NCBI RefSeq assembly: GCF_041956535.1
Contig: NW_027192192.1
Coordinates: 1,459,125 to 1,523,124, forward strand
From: Calcarisporiella thermophila CBS 279.70
Lineage: Eukaryota; Fungi; Calcarisporiellomycota
Length of the DNA stretch: 64,000 nucleotides
Direction of reading: 5' to 3'
The notes below the pieces were generated by a model that was not told the DNA's origin, did no database searches, and saw nothing but the letters and a program-made list of their open reading frames with translations. Positions 24,212 through 36,789 of this stretch are shown one piece after another. Every line of letters starts with the position of its first letter. Position 1 is the stretch's first letter. Made by a program: the position numbers and the translations under genes.

Positions 24212-26443
24212 ATGCGTATCTCCCTTGCCCTGTTCGCCGTAGCCCTGTCGTCCGCCCTCTCGGCTAGCGCACAGCAGTTCTCCCGGCTCGGCGCCTGCCC
24301 CGAGCTTGCCTGCATCTTCCCTCCCTCCTCAGCCGCCTTCGTCCCCGGCGCATACTTCGACCTGCGCGTCGAAGTCCACGCCCCCGGAGAGGGCCCCAAC
24401 CAGCCCCCCGGCACCGCCAACGGCAACTTCACCGTCACCATCACCGGCGACGACGGCAAGGCGCTCGATGCGAATGAATTCTTCGGCACCCAGGACCCCG
24501 CCCTCGAGCAGTGGAACTTCTCGTACCATCCGGTAAGTATTTGTCTGTCCTTGAGCCTCTGGCCTCCGGGATACTCATCCGAGCGGGGGAGCATGTCATT
24601 GTCTCATGCTTTGTCTTGCATTTTGCGACGGTAGGACATGGCCGCCTATTGGGCCACCCAGGACGGCACCAAGACGGAGGTCAACGTGAACGTGGCATCC
24701 CGCATCTGGCGCAAGGTGTTCCTCCCCAAGGCGGGCGAGTACACGGTGCGCGTGACGTACAACGGCAACACCACCACCGAGGCCAAGTGGGAGGCCAAGA
24801 AGCCCGTGTACGAGGGCCGCAAGGCGAAGAACGCCATCTTCTTCATCGGCGATGGCATGAACACCGCCACCCTCACCGCGGCCCGGCTCATCTCGCGCCC
24901 CCGCGTCAGCGGCCGGTACCAGCGCCTGCTGACCATCGACCAGATGGACCACCTCGGCCACATCATGACCCACAGCATGGACTCGCTGATCACGGACTCG
25001 GCCAACTCCGCCAGCGCCTACCACACCGGCCACAAGACCAACGTCAACGCCCTGGGCGTGTACGCCGACTCGTCCGAGAGCCCCTTCGACGACCCCAAGC
25101 ACGAGCTGCTCGCGGAGCTGCTCCGCCGCCGCCCCGAGTCCCAGGGTGGCAAGCTGGCCATCGGCATCGTCACCACCGCCGAGGTGCAGGACGCCACCCC
25201 CGCCGCCGTGTTCTCGCACGTGCGCCGCCGCGGTGAGAAGGCGGCCATCACCGAGCAGTTTGTGCGCGGCGCGGGCAACTTCACCGAGCCCATCCACGCC
25301 GACGTGTACATGGGCGGAGGTGGCAAGTACTTCCACAACAACACCGACGGCAAGTCGCTCAACGGCCAGAACTACTACGACATCTTCCGGAACGAGCTGG
25401 GCTACGCCGTGGTGCACGACAAGCACGAGCTCGCCAACTACACCGACTCCAAGCCCCTGCTCGGCATCTTCCACCAGGGCAACATGGACGTGTGGATGGA
25501 CCGCAACGTGTACCCTGAAAACCTCAAGGGCCAGAAGTCCGACCCCCGCGGCAACGGCCAGGACGCCGTCAACCAGCCCAACCTAGGGGACATGGCGCTC
25601 AAGGCGCTCGAGGTGCTCAAGAAGCGCAGCGGCGACAACGGCTTCTTCCTCATGGTCGAGGCGGCCAGCGTCGACAAGATGATGCACCACATGGACTTTG
25701 ACCGCGGGCTCGCCGAGGCCCTCGAGCTCGACTCCACCGTCAACAAGACCATCAACTGGCTCCGCGAGAACAAGGAGCTCGACGACACCCTCATCGTCGT
25801 CACCGCCGACCACGCCCACTCGTTCGACGTGTTCGGCAGCGTGGACACCCAGTACTTCAACTCGCTCCCCGACTCCGACGACAGCCAGCAGCAGGCCATG
25901 AAGCGCCGCGCCGTGGGCGTGTATGAGTTCAGCGGCTGGCCCGACTACGTGGACGCCGACGGCGACGGCTTCCCCGACAACTGGCGTCCCCGCTTTACCC
26001 TCGCCGCCGGCCCCAACAACTTCCCCACCCACAACGAAGACTACCAGCTCAGCGAGAAGCAGCGTGTGGCCGCCGTGATGGGTGAGGGCGCCAACGCCAA
26101 GAACTTCATCGCCAACCCCAAGGACGACCCCCACGGTCTGCACTTCCAGGGCGATATTCCCACCCACGAAGGCGACTCCGTGCACACCCTGCAGGACGTG
26201 CCGGTGTTCTCCAGGGGACCCGGCTCCGAGCTCTTCTCCCGCCCCGTCATCGACAACACCGAGGTGTACTTTGCCTTTGCCAACGCGCTTGGCGTGGCCG
26301 ACTTGACCAGCGTGTCAAAGCAGGCCCCCAAGAAGGAAAAGCCCGCCGAGAAGAAGGAGGAGGAGAAGAAGGAGGAACCCACCGCTTCCAATGTCGTGCG
26401 TCGTTTCCTTAGCGGATCGCGCCTGTTCTCCTTCGGCATCTAA
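24212..26443 (+). CDS. Secreted alkaline phosphatase (PhoA family) with N-terminal extra domain, 2 exons
   Basis: Signal peptide; FFIGDGM, TDSANSASA (catalytic Ser), DATPAA, EAASVDKMMH, VTADHAH, HTLQDV; intron ~24533-24634. Confidence 0.95.
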
Positions 26444-26837
26444 AACACAACGGGACTCTCTATATTGGACATTTTTTTTCTATATTACCCCTAAAAATCT
26501 AATCTTTCCACCTTCATCCAAAAATAAATCCGTGCTTATTTATTTTTCTCTAGATATCCTGCTCTCTTTTCTTGTTCTTTTCTTTAGTTCTGTTTGTAAA
26601 GGATTAATAGTTCTTTGATGTAATAAAGGCCTTAATACACTTTTTTCACCATCTTCAGCCCAATCAATGACTTCCAATGAGTTTAGCACAATCAAAGGCA
26701 ACTGCTACTGGCATGCTTAATAGGATACAAGGGAAACTCAGGAAAAAACCAATTTAGTCGACTTATTATGAGTTATTACTATTAGATAGTATGGATATGA
26801 TAATCTACTTCATTCTACGGTAACAAATAACCGCGAA

Positions 26838-27218
26838 CTATCTTTTTGTTTTTTTGCGCCTAAATAAAGTTGGTCTTTTTCCACCCCCTCTTGGACTCAC
26901 CCTTCTTCTCTTCAGTACATCCCTTATTCCTGTCAAGGATATGTCGACATTATAATCCATCTTGAGGCTTTTCTTGGCGTCAGGAACGCTCTTATACAGG
27001 CCAGCTTTGAAGTTTCGAACAAGAGCCTTTTCCTGCCTCTCTGAAAGTATGCGTGGGCGACCCGAAGTTGGATTGGGAACTTGGGGTGCGTACAAGTTTC
27101 GATATTTATTCACGGAGCCGGTGCTGACCCCAAGTGTTCGCGAGATTTTTCTACTGGATAAACCTTCCTTACTTAAGGTGGCGATCCTAGATGTGACTCC
27201 TTCTGGAAGTTTCCTCAT
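26838..27218 (-). mobile_element. Tc1/mariner transposase remnant (paired-like HTH DNA-binding domain only)
   Basis: GLSSRKISRTLGVSTGSV HTH, GRPRILS linker, second HTH, KRP...KR; stop where the DDE domain would begin, decayed sequence afterwards; no TIRs recognised. Confidence 0.8.
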
Positions 27219-27945
27219 TAAGTGTGACGAGCGAGTGTCGGTACAAAAGAGAGCAGCAGAATGCAAAGAATATATTCTAATAAATATAAAGATGAAGGCT
27301 CGAATTATTTTTAATGATAATAAAAAATGTATTCAATTCATCGAGCGAGGGCAGAAATAGCTATAGCAAGAGAATGACTTTAGGCGCTCAAAATCTTTAC
27401 AAAAATGTCAACTGCGAATTCTCTAGTGAAACATAATGCAGGGGTAAAGTTAAAAGTATAACGCCCTTTATTACACTTCTATATGAGGAAGAGAAGATTT
27501 TTATGCAAATGTCTGAACAATGGCCGTGCGCAAGTATGCGATCACATAAACTTTATATGAATTGAATTGAACGTAGTTTGAAAGGGAAGAAAAACTTGTT
27601 TACGAGAGTTTTTTCAATCCAACTGGTGACATGTGCAAACTTTTATCTCATAATATGCAGTTAAAAAAACAAGAACAGACAACACAAACTGAACAGCGCA
27701 AAAGAAGGAGAGACGCAAAACTACAAAGTGGAAGGAGTGGATTTGAACAGAGAAGAATAAAGAGAATGAAATGGTGAACTAATGAATGGAGGTGTGAATA
27801 AAGAAACTAAAAGAGACAAGTACATTCATAGTGGGGGGGGGGGGGTGAGAGTGACATGATATGAAAATGAAATATGCATTGATTGTTGAATAAAGAAAAC
27901 TATCAAGAAAGTAGAGAAGAATAGAGTATCATGTTGGAGAAATTT

Positions 27946-30808
27946 CTACATGGTTGCCTCTAGTGAGCGCATCACTTCGTCCAGCTGATGGTGGGACATG
28001 GAGGCGAGGATGGTGGATCGGAAGGCTGGAACGTTGTTTACACGCGGAGCCGCATCGGCAAGTGGGACGGGTGAATGCCCCTTTTCGTGCCTGACATGCA
28101 TTTGGCGCATTGGATTTCTACGCGGCACCGGGGGCGGTGGCAGAGGCTGAGATGGGGGAGGGGGTTGAGATGGAGTATTTGCTGCTGTGTACCGCACCGG
28201 AGAGGGCTGGTGAATTCGGCCCCACTCCTCATCCGCAGGGGAGTGGCTCAAAGCGGGGGCAGGGGGGCTGCGTCGGCGCCTTGTCGCGACCTCGGGTGGA
28301 TCTTCCAGATGGTTAGGCTGCTGCGGTTGCCGTGGACCTTCTCGCATAGGGGGGTGCCTCTTGGGTTCCATTTCCCTCTCGACAGCTCCTTTCTTCAACG
28401 AGTGCTTTGGCTCATCCATGTGCATGCTCGCCACTTGGAACCGCGCAGGCGGAACCTGGAGAGCAGACATCATGTCCTCGACACTTCCACTATGGGCGAT
28501 ATTCATGGCCACCTCGGGATGCGGTGCGTGCTTCATGGGCTTAGTGGCATGCGCAGGCATGGCCAGGGTGTTGCGGGCTGCTGATTGGGAGAGGGGAGGA
28601 GCATGCGGGCGTTCATAGTTCATGTTGGTCATGCGCCTATCCTCGGATCCGTGTCTTGGTCTCGATGGATGGCTGCCACCGGCAGCGCCCTCCAATCTCA
28701 TGAGCGAGGTCGCGTAGTGGTGGCTCGGCTTCTCGGGATGCGATGGCGAGCGCTTTCTGAGCATTGGGTTTTGCTGCAGCCTCTGGGTTGACGGCTGCAT
28801 CATAGAGTGCCGTTCCATGCCCCGGTCTATCAGAGGCACTCGGTTGTCCACAGGTTGCGGGGGCGGCCGCTTGGGTACGAGCTCAGGGATGCGCCTTGGC
28901 TCCTGGAACACCACGATGGGCCGACCGTCACGCATCACCGTGCCTCCGCTCCAGAGAGCCTCTTTATCGTAGTGGGAGGCCGGGCGGTCGAGTACGCTGG
29001 AATCTCTGGCTTGGGAGTTGAGCACGGCCATCCGATGCGCTGAGCTTCTCTGGCCCCTCAGATGAGGGGGGGAGAGTGCGTGGCGGGAAAGAGCGATGGA
29101 GGCCGTGCTGGTGTTCCTGTTCACAAAGGGCAGTGGGTGGTGTTCCATCTCCTCCCTATGTGGCTGATGCAGCTGCGAGTGTTGCTGTCGCAGCGCTCCA
29201 ACCGACACCGACTTGCGAATAGAGCTCCTGTTCCAAAAGTGGGCGTCGCCGATTACCTCCACCACGGAATCCCTGGGATTCTCGTGGCCAAAGACCTCAG
29301 CGTACGCAATGGCGGCAAAATCCTCCTCATCCATCTCAGACCCCTTCTTACCCAGCCCACCTGCCCCCACAAACCACTTTCCAGATACTGTGCGGGCAAC
29401 GTTGTGCTTGATTTTGGTGAGTCGCTGCTGGAAATCGTGCCATCGTTCGCTCTCCTCCGGGGGAGGCGGGCTGGTGAGACTCTCGTCCCTTACTGCAAGC
29501 GGTACCGTTTTGATATGACATGTGGCCGAGACCAATCGAGGCGCTGAAATCTCCTTTGCTGCCATGGTCCGGCGTCGAGGACCGGCCGCTAAGCTATCCG
29601 GCACCTCAAGAGGATTTTCACTCTGTATATTTAACATGTCAAAGGCAGCTCCTAGGGGCTCGCGCCGTTGCGCATGCTCAGAGCTGGGGGTTTCGGGGGT
29701 GTTTTCATGAGACGTGGAGGTGGACGATGTCCCATTGGAGGCGATGCTTGCACTGCGAGAGCCAGAGCAGTGAAGCGAGAAAACGGCATCGATGTCGAGG
29801 GGAGAGAAGGTTGGCAGTCGCGGGAGCGCGTGAGAAAATGAAGAGGAGCGGCGCCGAGCAGCTCGAGACACCTCGACATCGTCTTCTCCTTCATCGTCTG
29901 CCTCTTGCTCAACCTCCTCTACCAAGGGTTTTTCAATTTCACCCGCCTCTTCGTTATTGACGCTGAGAAGAGAATCGACACTGGATGTGGTTGAATGGAA
30001 TGAGCTTTCTCTCATATCGAGAGGAGTGGGAGCCCGAGCGGCTCGCACAGGTCGTTCGGACGAAGCAGCGGAGGCCGAGGATCCCGATCGGGCCCGTGTG
30101 GTTATGCCACCGCTATGGTTTGTACCGGCGGATTTGAGGCTATCTCTTGTGTGTCTACTATGTTCGCTGCCAACGCTTTTCCGGCTTGATAAGGGCGCAA
30201 TTTTTGCAAGAGGAATATTGTCGGAATCGCTCTCGTGTTGGCTGGGTTCCGGTGCGGGCTCTACCGCCTTCGAAGTAGAGGCAACAACAGACTCTCTTGG
30301 CGAAGTGGTTTCCATCGAGGAGTCGGCAGTCGGGATCTAACAATAAGTCAAGGAGAAGTGTAAATCCTCTTCGAATGGTGTGATAACCTAGGCCTGCGGT
30401 CATATCTATACTTACGGGAGAATCCCTACAGTATTCATCAAGTACACACTCGACCCCTTTGCATCTCAATGTTTGTCTGCCGTCCCGCTGTGCAGAGGAT
30501 CTCCGCCGCCTGCCTCCAACGGACGCATAGCTTGGCCGTTTCCCCATCAGGCCATATCCCTCCAGCATTAGGGACGAGGCGGACGACTTGCGAACAGAGG
30601 TGCGCCAGAGAGAAAAGAACTTTCTACGGCTTATCTTGGCGGTCGATCCTCGCCGCACGCGTAGGGTCGTAAACACCCGGTAGCGCGGGCGCAGGAGGGA
30701 GAGGGCGGCACGGGTGGGGCTAGGGCGCGTGTGGGTGACGGCGTTGGTCCACATGGCTACCTGCCGACGCGGCTTCCCTCTCTTCAGAGAGGAGAGGTGT
30801 GATGGCAT
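27946..30808 (-). CDS. Hypothetical low-complexity (Ser/Pro/Arg-rich) protein, 2 exons
   Basis: 789-aa ORF joined in frame to an upstream exon through GT-AG intron 30415-30337; short motif KEISAPRLVS; start codon uncertain. Confidence 0.75.
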
Positions 30809-31804
30809 TTTAGCAAGCAATAGCTCCAGTCTTTGACAAAGGAGAGAAGATAAACCTCGGGGCGGGTTTGACTATGATACAAGGGCTCTCTGCCTTTCGC
30901 GTTTAAGCTTGGGGAACCGCAACAGAGCAAGGAGAGCAAAGATAGAGCGAGGGAGGGTTGGAAAAAGAACAAGAGAGCAGCAGAGAAGAAGGAGCAGGAG
31001 AAGAAGAGAAAGGAGTTGGAGTCATAGAACACAAGGAGGAAGAACAAGCGTAGGGGAAGATGTTTGAGGAAGAGGGTGAGCGGTAACAATCACACAAGCA
31101 GGCACGGAGCGGCAAAGGTGAGACAAAGGGAGCACAGAACCCCTTTCCCAGTACATTTCACTGGCCATAAAACCCATATCTCCGCGGCCAACGCGAAATG
31201 CAGCAATAGTTACATCCCATCGAATCCGTGTAACTCTGCTCCACCGCTCAATGGGAATGCGACTTTGACAGCTTTTTTGGATGCAATCGAAGCGATGATG
31301 TCAGCACCTCTTCCTCGCTCAATAAATCGGCGATGAAGATCGTCCGGGATGTCGAGCCCGGTGGATTGTGCACGCATCTGCTCAATCCAAGACATTAGGG
31401 GTGCGGATGAGTTGGGCGCTGAGCCGCTTGGCTCTTCAATAGCTGCACAAAGTTTCTAAACTAAGCTCATGGTCCGTTGGGATGAAACAATTCTAAAAAA
31501 AAAGCCTTCCCCATTAGTAGAAAGGAGGCGACCTAATAGGTAGTAAAACCTCTGTAGCCATATTAATGTCTCCATAGAAGGTTGTGAAAACCAAACACCA
31601 TGGTCATGATATCACTGTTTAATAATAATAAAGAGTAAAGAAGGCAAAAAAAAAAGGCTAAATATAGTCATAAAAGCTGAAAAAAGAATTAATCTCTCTA
31701 CTAAGAGTCTTTGGTCTAATAAAAAAAACATTAAGGAAAATGAAACCTTTTTTTACGCATAGAGCTTAGAGAGCCATACTCGAGGGTTGGCTCGTGTGTG
31801 TCCT

Positions 31805-34800
31805 CTATTTGTAAGAGAGAATTGGCATCAACCATTTCTCGATCTTTTCCAGGTCCTCTCCCTTCCTGGCCGCATAGTCCTCCACCTGATCTCGCCCGAT
31901 CTTTCCAACCGCAAAGTACTTGGCCTGTGGATTAGCAAAGTATAAGCCACTCACCGAGGCCGCAGGGAACATGGCGAGCGATTCGGTGAGCTCGATCCCG
32001 GTTGTCTCCTTGATGTCGCACAAATTCCACATGGTGATCTTTTCGAGGTGATCTGGCTGGGTGGGATATCCAGGTGCTGGGCGAATCGACTTTAGTAATG
32101 GAATTGAGGGCGGCGGCAGGCGAAACGGGATCGCAGCGACACAAGGGTGGGAATACAATTCAATAAAATGGTTGGGCGCACAAATTAGTAAACAAAACCA
32201 AATCAGACGGCATAGCCTTAATGGAATGGTTACATACCCTGTATTTGACGGCCAAAAGATCCTCGACGCTCAACTGTTCATCCGGAGCGAAGCCCCAGTA
32301 CTCCTTGCGCACGTCCTCGTGCAAGGCCTCGGCCATGGCCTCGGCCAGACGGTCGGCTATGGCCTTCACCATGATCGAATTGTAGTCATCGCCGTCCTTT
32401 TCATACTGCGCACACAGCTCTTCACACCCAAACCCGGCACTGCACGCAAACAGTCCAATGTAGTCGGGGATGCCCGTTTCGCGCGGGGCAATGAAGTCCG
32501 ACAAGCAATGGTACGGCTCCTTGGAGTCCTTCTCGGATTGCTGGCGAAGCCCGTAAAATGTGGAGATCACCTCGGTGCGAGATTCGTCCGCGTACACCTC
32601 AATGTCGTCTCCGACGCTGTTGGCAGGGTAGAAGGCCAAGACGCCGCGGGCTTGGAGCAGATCTTGGTCGATAATTTTGTGCAACAGCTCTTGCGCGTCA
32701 TCGTACACGCGCTTGGCCTCGGCGCCCACTTTTTCGTCCTGGAAGATCTTCATCCCACGGTTCTGGTAGGCGGGGCGAAGCTGCCAGATCTGGAAGAACG
32801 GCCACCAGTCGATGCGTTCGGCACACTTCTTGAGAGAGTACTTGTCGAATACCTAAGAACAACAAATAGGGGGAAAGAGAGAGACGGAGAAAGGGAGAGA
32901 TCAGGGATGCGCACAAAAAAATTAGGGAGGAATGAAACATGGCCTCGAATATTCTACCTTCATGCCTAGGAACGTCGGCTTGACGGGCTTGGGCTCATTG
33001 GCCCAGTTGATCTTCATTCCGTTCTCTCTCGCTACCTGGATGCTCACATACTTTTTCTCCCGGATGGAATCGTAGTGATCCTCCCTGATTTCCTCGTACT
33101 CGTCCGCCACGTCCTCAGCGAATTGCTCCTTCACCTTCTCGTCCAGCAAGCTCGACACCACCACTACGGAGCGTGACGCATCGAGAACATGGACGGTCGG
33201 CTGCGAATACTTGGGTGCCACTTTCACGGCCGTATGAGTTTTGGAAGTGGTGGCACCGCCAATAAGAAGCGGCGTGGACATCCCCGACTTCTCCATCTCC
33301 GACGCAACATGGATCATCTCGTCGAGCGACGGCGTAATCAGCCCGGAGAGGCCAATGATGTTCGCACGCTCCTTGATGGCCACCTCGAGAATCTTCTCGC
33401 AAGGGACCATCACCCCGAGATCAATAACTTTGTAGTTGTTGCAGCCGAGAACAACGCCCACGATGTTTTTGCCGATATCATGGACATCCCCTACAAGGTC
33501 AACATTTACAAAGTTAGCGCGTTTTCCTAAGGAAAATCAAGAGAACTTCTCAATCTTTTACCCTTGACGGTTGCCAACACGACGGTCCCGTTGTAGGCTG
33601 GTTCGCCCGAGTCTAACGCGCCAGATTTAGCCAAATTCTCAAGGCGCTCTTGCTCCATGAAGGGAATCAGGTGATTCACCGCTTTTTTCATCGTGCGAGC
33701 CGACTTAATGACCTGTGGCAAGAACATTTTCCCTGAAAATGGCCATTTATGTGAATCTAAGGGTGAATAACAACCCAGATGCAGAAGGAGATGGAAACAT
33801 ACCGGCACCAAAGAGGTCCCCCACCACACTCATTCCATTCATAAGTGGACCCTCGATAACGTTCAGGGGTCTTGGGTATTTCTCCTTATTCAAACGCGCC
33901 TCCTCAGTATCTTCCACCACGTACTTCTCGATACCCTTCACAAGGGCATGCTTCAATCGCTCCTCAACGGTGCCCTTGCGCCATTCTTCCTCTGACGTGT
34001 CGTCTTTCTTTCCAGCCTTCCCGTGCTGCTTCGCGTACTCAAGCAGCTTCTCGGTCACCTCAGGGTCACGATTCCAGACTGCATCCTCACATAGCTGCAG
34101 GAGGTCTTTGGGAATCTCGTCGTAAACAGTAAGAAAACCTGCATTCACAATGCCCATATCCATGCCAGCCTTGATAGCGTGGAAAAGGAACACGCTGTGC
34201 ATTGCCTCACGCACTTTATCCATCCCACGGAATGAAAAGCTGAGATTCGATACACCGCCGCTCACCTGATGAATAGATATAGAAGAGATTTAGCACACAT
34301 GGGTATCAAACCATTTTTCAGGTACATATTGACAGCCTGTTTACCTTTGCGTGTGGGCAACCCTTCTTGATTTCCCGAGTGGCGTTGATGAATTCAACAC
34401 CATAGTTATTGTGCTCCTCCATCCCGGTACAAATGGTCAGGATATTGGGGTCGAAAATGATGTCATGCGGGTCGAAGCCGATCTTCTCGGTAAGAAGTTT
34501 ATAAGAGCGATGGCATATCTCAAACTTTCGTGAGCACACATCAGCCTGGCCAGTTTCGTCAAACTATAGGGCAAAGAACGAACGGATTGGTGTGGACACA
34601 GGAAATTGTCTAGAAAAAAATACTCACGGCCATCACTACAACCGCTGCACCAAATCTCTTGACAACTCGAGCCTTATTCAAGAAATCCTCCTCGCCCTCT
34701 TTCAACGAGATGGAGTTCACAATGCACTTGCCCTGGCTGCATTTGAGGCCCGCGGTGACGACTTCAAAGTTGGACGAGTCAATCATCAGAGGTATGCGCG

Positions 34801-36369
34801 ACACATCCGGATCCGACGCGAGCAAGTTGAGGAATGTGGTCATGGCTTGCTTTCCGTCAAGCATACCCTCGTCCATGTTGATGTCCATCACTTGCGCTCC
34901 ATTTTCAACCTGCGATTTGGCAATGGTCAGCGCCTCTTCAAACTCGCCCTTCAGCACATGTTTTGCGAATTTGCGCGAACCCGCCACATTGCACCGCTCG
35001 CCCACGTTGACAAAATTGATAGAACCATCGATCTTGAGCGGCTCCAGACCAGAGAGCATCATGCAGTCCGGGATCTTAGGGCGCTGCCGTGGTTTGTATT
35101 TGGAACATGCCTCGGAAATTGCTTTGATATGCGCAGGTGTAGTTCCACAGCATCCACCCAAAATATTCACCAGGCCTTCCTTGGCAAACTCCTCCACTGC
35201 TGCAGCCATCATTTCGGGGGTCTCGTCGTACTCGCCAAAGGCATTCGGTAGGCCGGCATTAGGGTATACGATCACAAACGAATCGGTTGCCCTGCTAATG
35301 TCCTGTACAAAAGGTCTCATCTGCGAAGCTCCAAGAGCGCAGTTCAGCCCAAGTGCGACGGGACGTGCGTGTCGAAGAGAGATGATAAAGGCTTCACCGG
35401 TCTGCCCGGAGAGGGTTCGTCCCGATTGATCGACGATAGTGCCTGAGATGAAAATAGGAATCCGTTGGCCTATCTCCTCGAAAAGTAAGTCCAGTGCATA
35501 GACGGCAGCCTTGGCGTTGAGGGTGTCGAAGATGGTCTCAACGAGGAAGATGTCGGCACCGCCGTCAAGTAGACCCTGGGCTTGCTCTTTATATGCCTCA
35601 ACCAGCTCATCAAAAGTAACCTAAGGGGAGGAAAAGCCATAAGTCTTAGGAAAACACGGAGCGAGGCAAAGCCCGATATTTACATTACGATAGGCAGGGT
35701 TCTCCACTGATGGAGAAATAGAGCAAGTTCGATTGGTAGGCCCCATAGCACCCAGCACAAAACGTTTTCGGCTCGGATCTCTCAACATCATCTATTGCGT
35801 GCATCCATTAGATTCTGAACATAGTACAACCAGAAGATAAAGCTTTCTCGCTTACTTCATGGCATGCCTCTTTGGCGATTCGTGCAGCAGCCTTGTTCAG
35901 TTCATAAGAGTAATCCTCTAGCGCATAATCAGCCTGCGCAATTCTTGTGCTGCTAAAAGTGTTGGTCTCGATCATATCAGAACCGGCCTCCAAGTATTGT
36001 ATATGGATTTTCTTGATTGCCTCGGGCTGGGTAAGAACCAAGACATCGTTGTTGCCACGGAGATTTTTAGCGTGGGACTTGAAAAGATCCCCTACGAGCA
36101 AAGAGATATGGTAAAGGCTACCCGAATAGAGTGCAAGTCATGGCGGGGAGAAAATACCTCGAAAATCTTCTTCTGTGAACTTGAAGCTTTGGATAACCGT
36201 CCCCATGCCTCCGTCTAATTGAAGAGCAGTTAGTCAAATGCAGTTCGGGAATCTCGGGAGAATCCGAAAAAGAATAGGTACCAATGAACATGATGCGCTC
36301 CTGGAGCGCGTTCTCCAGGTACCGCTCAACCTCCTGGGGTTGCAAATCAATAGGGTCGGTAACCATCAT
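31805..36369 (-). CDS. metH: Cobalamin-dependent methionine synthase
   Basis: DGGMGT, GGCCGT (Zn/Hcy), [10 protein letters not shown] and [11 protein letters not shown] (pterin), DVHDIG and SGLITPSL (B12 binding), RPAPGYP and [10 protein letters not shown] (activation domain); multi-exon. Confidence 0.98.
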
Positions 36370-36789
36370 CTTCTCGATGGTCGAGTAGAATGAGAACGCA
36401 GCGAAAAAGTGTTGAGCAAGTCACACCACGTTTACTCAGACTGGCTCTAGATTCTGAGAGAGTATTTGCTCACGCTAACGTTATCAATTTTTTTGTTTTC
36501 AGCTCAACAAATGAAAATTTGTCTTATCAAGATTGCATCCATGCAGAAATTGTCAGAATATATATTATTAGCCCATGGTAGAGAAGAAGGAGGAGGCGAT
36601 TAACTATATGCAGCTTAAAAAAAAGGGGGAGTATAGCAATGAAAAGGAGAAAGAAAAACATATTTCATATCTTGGAAGAAATATCAAACACAATGATAAT
36701 TAACAGAAAGAGAAAAAAAATAGAGATATCAGCAGAAGCCAGAAGCAGTTTCAGTGAATTAACAAGAATAAATTATAAAGAGATACAGC

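Noticed and set aside
36090-36600. Possible cobalamin riboswitch in metH 5' introns (small hairpin, CCCCGCC)
   Set aside because: Introns are only ~65 nt and lack the B12-box core
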